From NCBI GenBank assembly GCA_018691345.1, contig JABGTJ010000112.1:242-64241 (forward strand): a DNA stretch of 64,000 bases, written 5' to 3'. Within the stretch, counting starts at the first letter, position 1; each line of letters opens with the position of its first letter. Made by a program: the position numbers and the translations under genes. Below the pieces are notes generated by a model. The model had not been told where the DNA came from and made no database searches. It worked only from the letters and a program-made list of their open reading frames with translations. The DNA comes from Methanobacteriota archaeon. GTDB taxonomy: Archaea > Thermoplasmatota > Poseidoniia > Poseidoniales > Poseidoniaceae. Positions 48,301 through 55,516 of this stretch are shown piece after piece.

Positions 48301-50301
48301 TCAGTGTACAATCTCACAATCACGGCAATCAATGCGACGACTGGAGTTGTGTATAACTTGCACACAGTGCAACTTCTCATTCAACCGCTGTTCATAGTCG
48401 AGTCGTCAGACTGGCCTTCAGTGATGGAGTTCCAACCAAAATCAACGCGCACTTGGGAAGTCACGCTCACCAACACCGGTAACAAGGATGTCACTGTGAA
48501 TGCTGTGTATGCGATTACACGGCCTGGTCTCAGTAATCTGTCGACGGATTGGGAAATGATTACACAACCATCGCTCATTGTTTTACCTCGCAACACACAA
48601 GTCGTTCACACGTTTACCGCAGTTGGGACAATCAACCAACCTCTGCTCTCTTTGACTGCGGATTTGACACTTTTCCTTGACCCAACTGAATCGGAAGTTG
48701 AGGGCAGTGGTGAATTCACAACTCAATTGGTCATGTCGAGGTTCTTTACGACTGGCGATATTGGGATTGAACCAGATATCAACAGTGATTTTGTTAATGT
48801 GTTTTTGCCATACACGAACATTCCAACCGGTAACGGCAGCGAAGTTGCGTACATGGTCGAACTCTGCGACTCAAAACGTTTGTTGAATCTTGAAGCCATG
48901 GGTCTCTCCGAGTTTGAATATTCGTGGAACTTCACGCTCTTCGTCGACAAGTTCGATGGAAGTTCAGATGAATACCCACTCAACCTTGATCAGGAATGTG
49001 GCGCATCGTCTCTCGGACCAACTAATCGATATAACCTCCTCGAACTCGATGCTTGGAATCCATCCAGTATTCGTATTCAAGCAGAAACTCCAACGAAAGG
49101 GTTCATTCTGCCCGGCGACGGATGGGACCTCACATTCCGACTTTATCACCCAGATGAAAACAACGGTTACACCGTTTACGATGAGGAAACTTTTTCCTTG
49201 GTTTTAGCAGTCTTTGCCGACCCAATGATCAAGGCCATGTCCTCAAGTGGGACGTTCAAAGAAGGCACTGAAAGCACCATAACGGTCGTTGTTCAGAACG
49301 TCGGTTCAGCTACTGCACTCGACGTCGTTGTCGACTTGCAGTGTGAAGGGCTGACCATCTCAAACCTTGCGTCCGAACGTCCTGCGCTCTTGAACCGTTC
49401 AGTTTCAAGCGGACTTAACTATTCGATGATTCCATTCTTCTTCGCCACCCAAGAACGAACGTTCACCTGGACCGTAACTGCTGAGTCCATCGATTGGTGG
49501 TCTCAGCGTTCTGAGGCAACTTGTGTAGCGACACTGAATGCTTCATTCATGCAAAACAACGTTGTTGAAAACGACCAGTTGACGTTGAAGGAAGATGTCA
49601 TCTCTTGGTCACCCGGAGTCTCGAGCAGTTTCGTTGCTGCAGTCACTTGTTTACTCGTTTCCATGATTCTGTTCCGGTTAACTTCGCAAAATGACAACTT
49701 CCGCCTCTTGGCCATCTACGCTGGCGTCATTGGCTTCGGTTTCTCATTCCATGTATTCCAGTTCGCATGGTGGGGCTTTGTAGTTTTGACTCTCGCAGCA
49801 TTATGGATTTGGAGAATGACATGGAAGAGCACAGATGAGTTCCGTCTCCTTCACGAGGATTACCAGCGTGCTCGAAGAGGTATCTCCACACTGTATGCTG
49901 ATCATTTCGAAGAGCTTGCAAGCAGTCGCCGACAACTCCGAACAATTCTCGGCATGCCAGTTCTTGGAATGCTAGCCATCATTCTTGGAATCCCTCCAAT
50001 GCTCACTGAAGACCGAACAAACGTCGTCAGTATCGCAGCCTATGTCATTGTCGTCATGGCTGGAGTTTGGTACCTCATCAACCGTGCCAACAACATGTAC
50101 GGTGCGCTTTATGGACGCCTCACAGACATTGAAGTCAAAGCAATTCGTATCGAGCGTGACCTGAGCGACCCTGCTCGATTATTCAACGAACTCGCTGGCG
50201 ATGGATTGAACCTGGAGGATATCTTTGGAGCCGTTGAGGCATCTCAGCCATTAACTCCAGAACATCTTTATTCAACTGAGGAGGTGAATGATGATGCCTG
50301 A
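45301..50301 (+). CDS. Giant envelope protein (1666 aa): signal peptide, at least 8 CARDB/NEW3-like beta-sandwich units, C-terminal 5-TM bundle
   Basis: Signal LLAALLVALFVLPMYLPLANA. Repeated x-N-(T/S/L/V)-G unit starts: VTNSGVKPISATMTIVL, VKNTGSATDLFTISV, IENTGSVTTTYTLAT, FANTGNDVGSYRLRV, IVNTGNAPTDYEVWL, IINLGNLQETVGINL, LTNTGNKDVTVNAVY, VQNVGSATALDVVVD. Five hydrophobic helices are encoded at 49620-50080. Confidence 0.85.
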   Translation: MTLLREHANRQTLLAALLVALFVLPMYLPLANADDTEDTSTASGRAILDFYFRNPLQLSNSGSAVIGSSLFLEPGEHIVTANISATGSGNDELWLVLQHKGSPSLGFADVKSISMGSVNGASGQVDLTPISFSWNATNGAGQELRVKIVSTKETGNDLLNNIQDVGFSFSVENKHLGELMTNTFPADSPINNRISLPNAISTLNTTVTNSGVKPISATMTIVLRDNSTPANVVTVLSNTVLLQPGSHPVSSATLQESGVLSASVDAQALTGVWNISASVKFDGTSWTETIVFRESWVKFSDYNAIVIEPVTLVVEPGDATAITFVVKNTGSATDLFTISVTQNKPWADVNSASFGATLPAGSIRLITLDVNVPANAVRSETDKITITFTSVNSPDNYQISGVGRVMVGDFFRGEVSLIEGATTKTINPGGQAQYIAQIENTGSVTTTYTLATGLSVSTLNWTWEVSPSITPPVSSGDTTQVVVTLTAPAIQNPIVTSEYNMAGDELDVWIQCQPIGGGVPSQDTAPIEVSPVIVVDPGIDLEPQHIPVEKIKQTLTGTQLVENIDLNMRVIHNLPTMLTETLNATLTTSKSFTALNEGGFGEAERWSVSVSNPIYTGLTPGDSMNTTLDIIGPQANQYPVAGTFAASLTITPTLSQALVGSGVTAVPLTRNYTLVIPQVITGDFLDAGPYDIPVGVDNIIPMRFANTGNDVGSYRLRVVDNLPDNWTANFSGTDQNISNLTADIADGTLDGSTGNAAHIQVVSFNIRTDPLAPAGLNQPITVRIEDPVSGLLIGSEHVFYVVVGQIFNGSLTPTNQSLELDLSESTFTSITIVNTGNAPTDYEVWLDNSLAGDVEFKIESPSSSSIFIAAGYEETIRVEMNANDEADSDGFYMTTVWVSANNGQILLSANVVANITENHSIGITAPEQMAVTPGQIEQVDFDIINLGNLQETVGINLTVEGNISLSMYQLTQTIPIDGTYSDSVNVAIPSLGGTDTLVQGSVYNLTITAINATTGVVYNLHTVQLLIQPLFIVESSDWPSVMEFQPKSTRTWEVTLTNTGNKDVTVNAVYAITRPGLSNLSTDWEMITQPSLIVLPRNTQVVHTFTAVGTINQPLLSLTADLTLFLDPTESEVEGSGEFTTQLVMSRFFTTGDIGIEPDINSDFVNVFLPYTNIPTGNGSEVAYMVELCDSKRLLNLEAMGLSEFEYSWNFTLFVDKFDGSSDEYPLNLDQECGASSLGPTNRYNLLELDAWNPSSIRIQAETPTKGFILPGDGWDLTFRLYHPDENNGYTVYDEETFSLVLAVFADPMIKAMSSSGTFKEGTESTITVVVQNVGSATALDVVVDLQCEGLTISNLASERPALLNRSVSSGLNYSMIPFFFATQERTFTWTVTAESIDWWSQRSEATCVATLNASFMQNNVVENDQLTLKEDVISWSPGVSSSFVAAVTCLLVSMILFRLTSQNDNFRLLAIYAGVIGFGFSFHVFQFAWWGFVVLTLAALWIWRMTWKSTDEFRLLHEDYQRARRGISTLYADHFEELASSRRQLRTILGMPVLGMLAIILGIPPMLTEDRTNVVSIAAYVIVVMAGVWYLINRANNMYGALYGRLTDIEVKAIRIERDLSDPARLFNELAGDGLNLEDIFGAVEASQPLTPEHLYSTEEVNDDA
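50278..50287 (+). promoter_or_regulatory. Shine-Dalgarno site (GAGGAGGTGA) for the 362-aa gene, inside the 3' end of the giant gene
   Basis: GAGGAGGTGA lies immediately upstream of ATGATGATG at 50288. The upstream stop (50299-50301) lies inside the new ORF, which is translational-coupling geometry. Confidence 0.65.
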
Positions 50302-51376
50302 TGAAGAAATTGTCGACCCTTCCCTCGAGGAAAAAACTCTGGATGAAATGCCTCAGTTTGAAGAGGAAGAACAGCCGTCCTCGGTTGAAGCCGACAACAC
50401 GGCTGTGAATTCTTCTCTTAGCTCTGGAGTTCAAACAGAAGAGGTAGCCAATGAGGCTCCTCCAATGCCTCCAATGCCCCCTTCTTCATCCCAGCCACAG
50501 CGTCCATTGCCCCGTGATATGGAAACAATGGTTCTCGGTATCGCTCACGATGATACGAATTCTCTTGCAGGCACTGAACTTGAAATCAGTGAAGCAAAAA
50601 GCTTCTTGCAATCTCACAAACTCAGCCGTGCTTTATCAAGCGTCAATAAGGCAGAATCATCGTTAACCGTACTTGAAGAAGATGTTTTGTACCTACGTCG
50701 TAACATTGCAATGCTCCATCGGTTGCTCAATGAAAAGAAAGTCAGCGAGAATGATATTGAAACGATTCTTCTTCGATTGCGAAGTGCAACTGGTGCAGCT
50801 GAAATTGGTGATGTCGGTGGTGCTGCAGGTGAAGTTGAATTCCTTGTTGACGATTTGATTGGTGGAAACACTTCAACCCTCAACCCGTTCTTATTCCGAC
50901 ATTTCTGGATGGGCTTGGAAACACGCTGGCCTGCTGGCGGTGACGAGGGCGTCTTGGTCGTCCGCATCATTAACGACGGTCCTGTGGCAATGCCGCCAAT
51001 GCGCCTCTCTCCGCCGGTGCCTGATGGATGGGCTTCCACGCCTTCATCGGTTGACCTTCCAACAATTGCTCCGGGTGGTAACTTACCTGTCCGGTTTAAC
51101 GTGTCAGCAAATCGCCGTTACGGTGCAGACGAAATACCGTTATCTCGTAAATTAGCAATAACCACCGGATATGAAATCCGTACCGGTGAAGTTTTTGTCA
51201 CCATTCGTGCACAGAACCGTTCAATGGAACCTCTTGCAGACATCCTCCTCTCACCTTGGTTCCCGCCGGGTTACACCGCAGATGCAGTTCCATTCGTGGA
51301 ACGTCTTGCTCCAGACGAAGTGGCAATTATTCGAATTCCACTTCGTATCACAATGAGTTCAGGAGGTTCTTCTTAA
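50288..51376 (+). CDS. Hypothetical acidic protein (362 aa): disordered acidic/Pro N-terminus, coiled-coil-like middle, beta-sandwich-like C-terminal half; no signal peptide
   Basis: Long open frame with a strong SD. Segment VLVVRIINDGPVAMPPMRLSPPVPDGWASTPSSVDLPTIAPGGNLPVRFNVSAN resembles CARDB/NEW3-type units. No TM segment. Confidence 0.7.
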   Translation: MMMPDEEIVDPSLEEKTLDEMPQFEEEEQPSSVEADNTAVNSSLSSGVQTEEVANEAPPMPPMPPSSSQPQRPLPRDMETMVLGIAHDDTNSLAGTELEISEAKSFLQSHKLSRALSSVNKAESSLTVLEEDVLYLRRNIAMLHRLLNEKKVSENDIETILLRLRSATGAAEIGDVGGAAGEVEFLVDDLIGGNTSTLNPFLFRHFWMGLETRWPAGGDEGVLVVRIINDGPVAMPPMRLSPPVPDGWASTPSSVDLPTIAPGGNLPVRFNVSANRRYGADEIPLSRKLAITTGYEIRTGEVFVTIRAQNRSMEPLADILLSPWFPPGYTADAVPFVERLAPDEVAIIRIPLRITMSSGGSS

Positions 51377-51430
51377 CTCAGTCCGTTTCCACCCTTTATG
51401 GGGGATAAAAAATAAAAAATGGTGAAAAAA

Positions 51431-51982
51431 ATGAAAAAAAATACGAACGAAAAAAGCGATAATATCGCTGCAATTGGTATCGGTGCAATGATTGTGTTCA
51501 TTGCCCTGATTTTGGTTGCGGCGGTTGCAGCAGCGGTGATTATTCAAACCGCTGAGAAATTGCAACAAAATGCACAAACAACCGGTGATGAAACAACGTC
51601 TTTGCTGTCCTCGAAAGTGGTCATCAAGAACGTCTTGATTCCATCCGCTGGGGCTTTGTACATTACCTTTGAACTGGCCCCGGGATCTGACCCGATTGAC
51701 CCATCAAACATTGACTGGTCAATTGTGTGCGCTGACGGCGTTGACTACGGCAACTTTGCAACAGCAACAACTGTTGGTGACCAAACTGCAGTCAACCCAC
51801 TCACTCCTGGTGCTACGTTTGACGTGGTTCTTACTGCCGCAGGTGCTGGTGGACTCTTAGACGAGTGCGCTCCAAGTGCTAACGAAGACCACACGCTTGC
51901 AATCCAATCTGGTGCAGGTGGATTCACATACGAAGTTCTGAATTATGGAGCCGATGTTTCTGCGGGGGCGAAAGTCATATGA
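51431..51982 (+). CDS. arlB: Archaellin 1
   Basis: Class III signal peptide plus conserved hydrophobic N-terminus AIGIGAMIVFIALILVAAVAAAVIIQTAEKLQQNAQTTGD. ATG 51431 (MKKNTNEKSDNIA) aligns with the start of archaellin 2 and has GGTGA 5 nt upstream. Alternative ATG 51419. Confidence 0.9.
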   Translation: MKKNTNEKSDNIAAIGIGAMIVFIALILVAAVAAAVIIQTAEKLQQNAQTTGDETTSLLSSKVVIKNVLIPSAGALYITFELAPGSDPIDPSNIDWSIVCADGVDYGNFATATTVGDQTAVNPLTPGATFDVVLTAAGAGGLLDECAPSANEDHTLAIQSGAGGFTYEVLNYGADVSAGAKVI

Positions 51983-52647
51983 AGTCCAACACCCGTAACG
52001 ATATTCAAGAAGACAAAATCGCTGCCATCGGTATCGGTGCAATGATTGTCTTTATCGCTTTGATTTTGGTTGCAGCTGTAGCTGCAGCAGTTATTATTCA
52101 AACTGCTGAAAAACTTCAACAAAACGCACAAACTACCGGTGACGATACTGCTGATAACATGGCAGGTAAACTTCTGGTTCAACAAGGCTTTGTTGCTACT
52201 GGCGGCAATGGAGGTTCTCCAGCCATCATGACTCCGGAAGAAGCGTACATGTTCTTTGTACGTCTCGCACCTGGTAGCGAACCTGCACCAATCAACGAGA
52301 TTACCTTCCAGTTCTTCTGTGACAACGGTGTCCGTGAAGGTACCATCGGCGACCCTGCTGGACCAGCAGTTGCTGCTGGTGCAGTCGCACTGATGGATGT
52401 TGTTGATCCAACAAACGCAGCGCAGTTGCTTGATTCCACTACTGGAATTATGCAACCTTCCACAGGCTATGTCATGTGGATTGATGCGAACGGCGGACAA
52501 GTCGGAGCAGCTAACCTTGGCCTAAACGATTGCAGTCCTGACAGCGGAGATTCCAAAGTCGAGATGTACATCCACGTCGGAAGCGGAGGAACAACCTTCG
52601 CAACCCTCGATATTGGAACGACAACTTCGGGTTCACTGGTTATCTGA
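51979..52647 (+). CDS. arlB: Archaellin 2
   Basis: MKSNTRNDIQEDKIAAIGIGAMIVFIALILVAAVAAAVIIQTAEKLQQNAQTTGD. ATGA overlap with archaellin 1. The C-terminal domain is divergent. Confidence 0.9.
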   Translation: MKSNTRNDIQEDKIAAIGIGAMIVFIALILVAAVAAAVIIQTAEKLQQNAQTTGDDTADNMAGKLLVQQGFVATGGNGGSPAIMTPEEAYMFFVRLAPGSEPAPINEITFQFFCDNGVREGTIGDPAGPAVAAGAVALMDVVDPTNAAQLLDSTTGIMQPSTGYVMWIDANGGQVGAANLGLNDCSPDSGDSKVEMYIHVGSGGTTFATLDIGTTTSGSLVI

Positions 52648-52689
52648 TTACGACTAAGGGTGCCGATGCCGAAAGGCAACACTGCCCTT

Positions 52690-52695
52690 AGGAGG
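52690..52695 (+). promoter_or_regulatory. Shine-Dalgarno site (AGGAGG) for the 282-aa gene
   Basis: AGGAGG lies 7 nt upstream of ATG 52703 and directly abuts the 3' arm of a small hairpin (52655-52690). Confidence 0.6.
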
Positions 52696-52702
52696 TTCTA
52701 TT

Positions 52703-53551
52703 ATGGCATGGCCATTTAGCGGAAACGCAGATAAAAACAGAGATGCAGATGCAGACCTTACGGAGGAACGACTGAAGATTATGGCAAACATTGCCATTGA
52801 ACAAGTCCCTCTTCCAGAAGAAGGAGAGCTCAGCGAAGACGATGCATGGACGATCAGTCCAAGTCCGACACGGGCTCGTATGAACAGCGTTGGAAGTGTT
52901 CCAACAGTAGCGGCAACTCTTGCCCCTTCAACACCTGTTCCTGTGAGTACGACCGTCGACACTTCTGGATTGGAACGTCTTATTAGCAGTCGCCTTGACA
53001 TGGTCGAGGACGTTTTGCGGATGGTTGAAGTCCGATTAGATACTCCTCATTCAGCCCCTGCAATGGACGCTGAAGGAAATCCGGTTATGAATGCTGAATC
53101 TATGGACGGAGGGTCCATGATGGGTGGAGACACCATCGTCACTGCAAGTGGCGAAGTAATCTCCGCCTCCGGAATGGATCGTCTAAAGAGCGTTGATGAA
53201 GCCCCTCTCGTTGAACTTTACGAAGCGCAAGCACTTGCTGCGAATCCTTTCTTGCACGCGCCCTCAACCGGCGCTACAACGAAGGCGAATCAAGTCGGTG
53301 CACCTACCGTTTCAGCTTTACTTCTGGACAGTATGTCTGGGATGGCTGCGGTTAGTTTCGCTCAGAAAGCAATGTCTTCAGGAATGTTATCTGAACAAGA
53401 AGGACGAGCAGTCCTGGCAATTGTTCAACTGGCAGCACCTGGTGAATCCGAAGCGGCTTTAGACGACCATCTATCGCACAAGGAATTGTTGGTTTTCTCT
53501 TCGTTAATCAGTTCATGGCGTGAAGTGCAGTCACTTCGAGGTGAACTCTGA
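52703..53551 (+). CDS. Hypothetical protein (282 aa) in the position normally held by ArlC/D/E or ArlX
   Basis: Open frame with a good SD, no TM segment, acidic N-terminus, Ala/Ser/Met-rich. I recognise no ArlD/E or FlaC motifs. Confidence 0.6.
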   Translation: MAWPFSGNADKNRDADADLTEERLKIMANIAIEQVPLPEEGELSEDDAWTISPSPTRARMNSVGSVPTVAATLAPSTPVPVSTTVDTSGLERLISSRLDMVEDVLRMVEVRLDTPHSAPAMDAEGNPVMNAESMDGGSMMGGDTIVTASGEVISASGMDRLKSVDEAPLVELYEAQALAANPFLHAPSTGATTKANQVGAPTVSALLLDSMSGMAAVSFAQKAMSSGMLSEQEGRAVLAIVQLAAPGESEAALDDHLSHKELLVFSSLISSWREVQSLRGEL

Positions 53552-53552
53552 T

Positions 53553-54257
53553 ATGGGTGCTTCGGCAGGAATTGGCGGTCTCATAATTGGGATTGCAATG
53601 TTGATGGTCTTTACAATGGCCATATCATCATTTGATGCTCAAGTTGCAACCGGATTGGATGCAATAGAGAGCGCTTCAGTTCCTGACCCGAGTTTTACCA
53701 TTGACGATGTTAATCTTGAACAGCATGTCATTCATGAAGTTTCGATAACTGCTGCGAATCGAGGTACAGGTTACGTTGATGGGATTTTGAGAGCGAACGT
53801 TGGTTCGGACGAATGTGGTGGATTTTCCGCTACCTTCTCGACAACAGGTGGAGAAATTGATGTAGGAAACGTGGTTATCACCAACCATGGTTTCTGCCCT
53901 GATTCATCCACACCGACTTGGACGATTTTTGATACGTCACTCGTTGTTCAAACACCCACATCAGTTGCTAATTTCTCATCGCCTGTGTTCCGGCAATACA
54001 TCTATGCAAACATCACAAACCATGGTGAAGACCTTCTAAAGACGGACGACATTTGGGTATTCTATAACGGGGAAGAGCCTGAGACGCTCACGGAATCTCA
54101 AGACTCAACACGGTCTGAGATTTCTGGAGTCGGTACCAATTGGTACTCTGGGCAAACCATCCCGTTGTTTTGGGATGGCGAATCGAGTTTGAATACCGAA
54201 TATGAGCGATTGGCATTCACAGCCGGTCCGACTACATTGGTGCGATCCACATCTTGA
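53553..54257 (+). CDS. arlF: ArlF-like archaellum protein (assignment mainly by position and N-terminal hydrophobic helix)
   Basis: Start trimmed to ATG 53553 (MGASAGIGGLIIGIAMLMVFTMAISSF), 1 nt after the upstream stop. Archaellin-like N-terminal helix followed by a beta-rich domain. Confidence 0.55.
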   Translation: MGASAGIGGLIIGIAMLMVFTMAISSFDAQVATGLDAIESASVPDPSFTIDDVNLEQHVIHEVSITAANRGTGYVDGILRANVGSDECGGFSATFSTTGGEIDVGNVVITNHGFCPDSSTPTWTIFDTSLVVQTPTSVANFSSPVFRQYIYANITNHGEDLLKTDDIWVFYNGEEPETLTESQDSTRSEISGVGTNWYSGQTIPLFWDGESSLNTEYERLAFTAGPTTLVRSTS

Positions 54258-54267
54258 GGTTTTTATC

Positions 54268-54774
54268 ATGGCAGATGGCGGAGTTTCAACTTACATCATG
54301 CTGATTACTGCATTGCTGGTTTCCAGTTCTGTCAGTGCAGTTTTGATACAAGAATGGTCCTCTACATCACGAGTGATTCAACAGCAACAACGCGGAATGC
54401 AGTTCTCAGAAGAGTTAGGTATCGATTTTGCTGGAGACCCCATGAATGTCCACATCGACCGCACTACAACTCCCGATGAAATCACGTTCTATGTACTGAA
54501 CACTGGTGAACATCGAATGGATGAAGATCAAATGGAAATTCTCATCGATGGCCAGGTTATTCCGAATACAGGAGTATCAACATCCTTTGTAGGTACCCCC
54601 GCACCGTTGGCGTGGGATTCGAACGTGCTGATGGAAATCGTCTTGTCGAATACTTCATTTAACTCCCTCACAGACAATACCGATCTCAGTGTTTTTGTAA
54701 CCGTTAATTCCGAGGAAGTAGCAGGAATCACAAGCAGTGCAAGTTTCAACAACGAGGTGCGTTTGAATGGATGA
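54268..54774 (+). CDS. arlG: ArlG-like archaellum protein (assignment mainly by position and N-terminal hydrophobic helix)
   Basis: Start trimmed to ATG 54268 (MADGGVSTYIMLITALLVSSSVSAVLIQEW). Overlaps arlH by 8 nt. Confidence 0.55.
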   Translation: MADGGVSTYIMLITALLVSSSVSAVLIQEWSSTSRVIQQQQRGMQFSEELGIDFAGDPMNVHIDRTTTPDEITFYVLNTGEHRMDEDQMEILIDGQVIPNTGVSTSFVGTPAPLAWDSNVLMEIVLSNTSFNSLTDNTDLSVFVTVNSEEVAGITSSASFNNEVRLNG

Positions 54775-55507
54775 ATACGTTAAGGAAGATCCTTTCATTA
54801 CCGCACACAAACCGAAGGAAGACGGTTTCCCGTACGAACTGGAAACTGATTCACTCGCTGACTCGATGGGGCTGCGAATGCCAAATCGCTCTCTGTATGT
54901 ATTACAGGGGGAAGTCGGTGGTGGAAAGTCACTCCTTTCTCAACGCCTTGCTTTTGGACTTGCTGAAAATGGAGTCAAGGTTTTGGTTATTACCACTGAA
55001 TTAACCACACGAGGATGGATTGAGCAAATGGAATCTCTGGGCTACGGTGTCACTGACTCCATTCGGGAAGGAAAACTCTTGGTGTTCAGTCGATTCGGAA
55101 CCATTGCGGAATCTTTACCAAATGTTGGTCTTGAAGAAGTCTTAGAATCAGAAGCAATTGAACTGGCAGACGTGGTCATTATTGATTCTGCAAGTTCAAT
55201 CATGCCTGAGAATCTTGACGATACGAGTCGATTCCAATTGATGCAAAAGTTGCGTCAAGTTTGTTCCCACGGTCGTTCATTGATGCTTTGCGTTGACCCC
55301 GAAGAAATGGATCACAAGTTAATGCACACCTTACGAGCATCTGCAGAAGTTGTTCTTGATCTGAAAACGGCAATGATTGGCGGTGAAATTAAGCGAAACA
55401 TTGTCATCACCCGTTTCCTGAGAGCAGCAGGACCTATTCAAACATCCATCGGATGGCGTGTGGAACCCGGAATGGGCTTCATCGTAGATATTACGGCGGT
55501 TAGCTGA
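54767..55507 (+). CDS. arlH: ArlH (FlaH), RecA/KaiC-like ATP-binding archaellum protein
   Basis: Walker A LQGEVGGGKSLLSQRLAFGL, Walker B-like VVIIDSAS, 246 aa, located directly upstream of arlI. Confidence 0.85.
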   Translation: MDEYVKEDPFITAHKPKEDGFPYELETDSLADSMGLRMPNRSLYVLQGEVGGGKSLLSQRLAFGLAENGVKVLVITTELTTRGWIEQMESLGYGVTDSIREGKLLVFSRFGTIAESLPNVGLEEVLESEAIELADVVIIDSASSIMPENLDDTSRFQLMQKLRQVCSHGRSLMLCVDPEEMDHKLMHTLRASAEVVLDLKTAMIGGEIKRNIVITRFLRAAGPIQTSIGWRVEPGMGFIVDITAVS

Positions 55508-55516
55508 TGAGGTGTT

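Noticed and set aside
51943-52500. 185-aa minus-strand ORF antisense to archaellin 2 (with a similar one at 52654..53001)
   Set aside because: The sense strand encodes a textbook archaellin N-terminus under purifying selection. The antisense product has no recognisable features.
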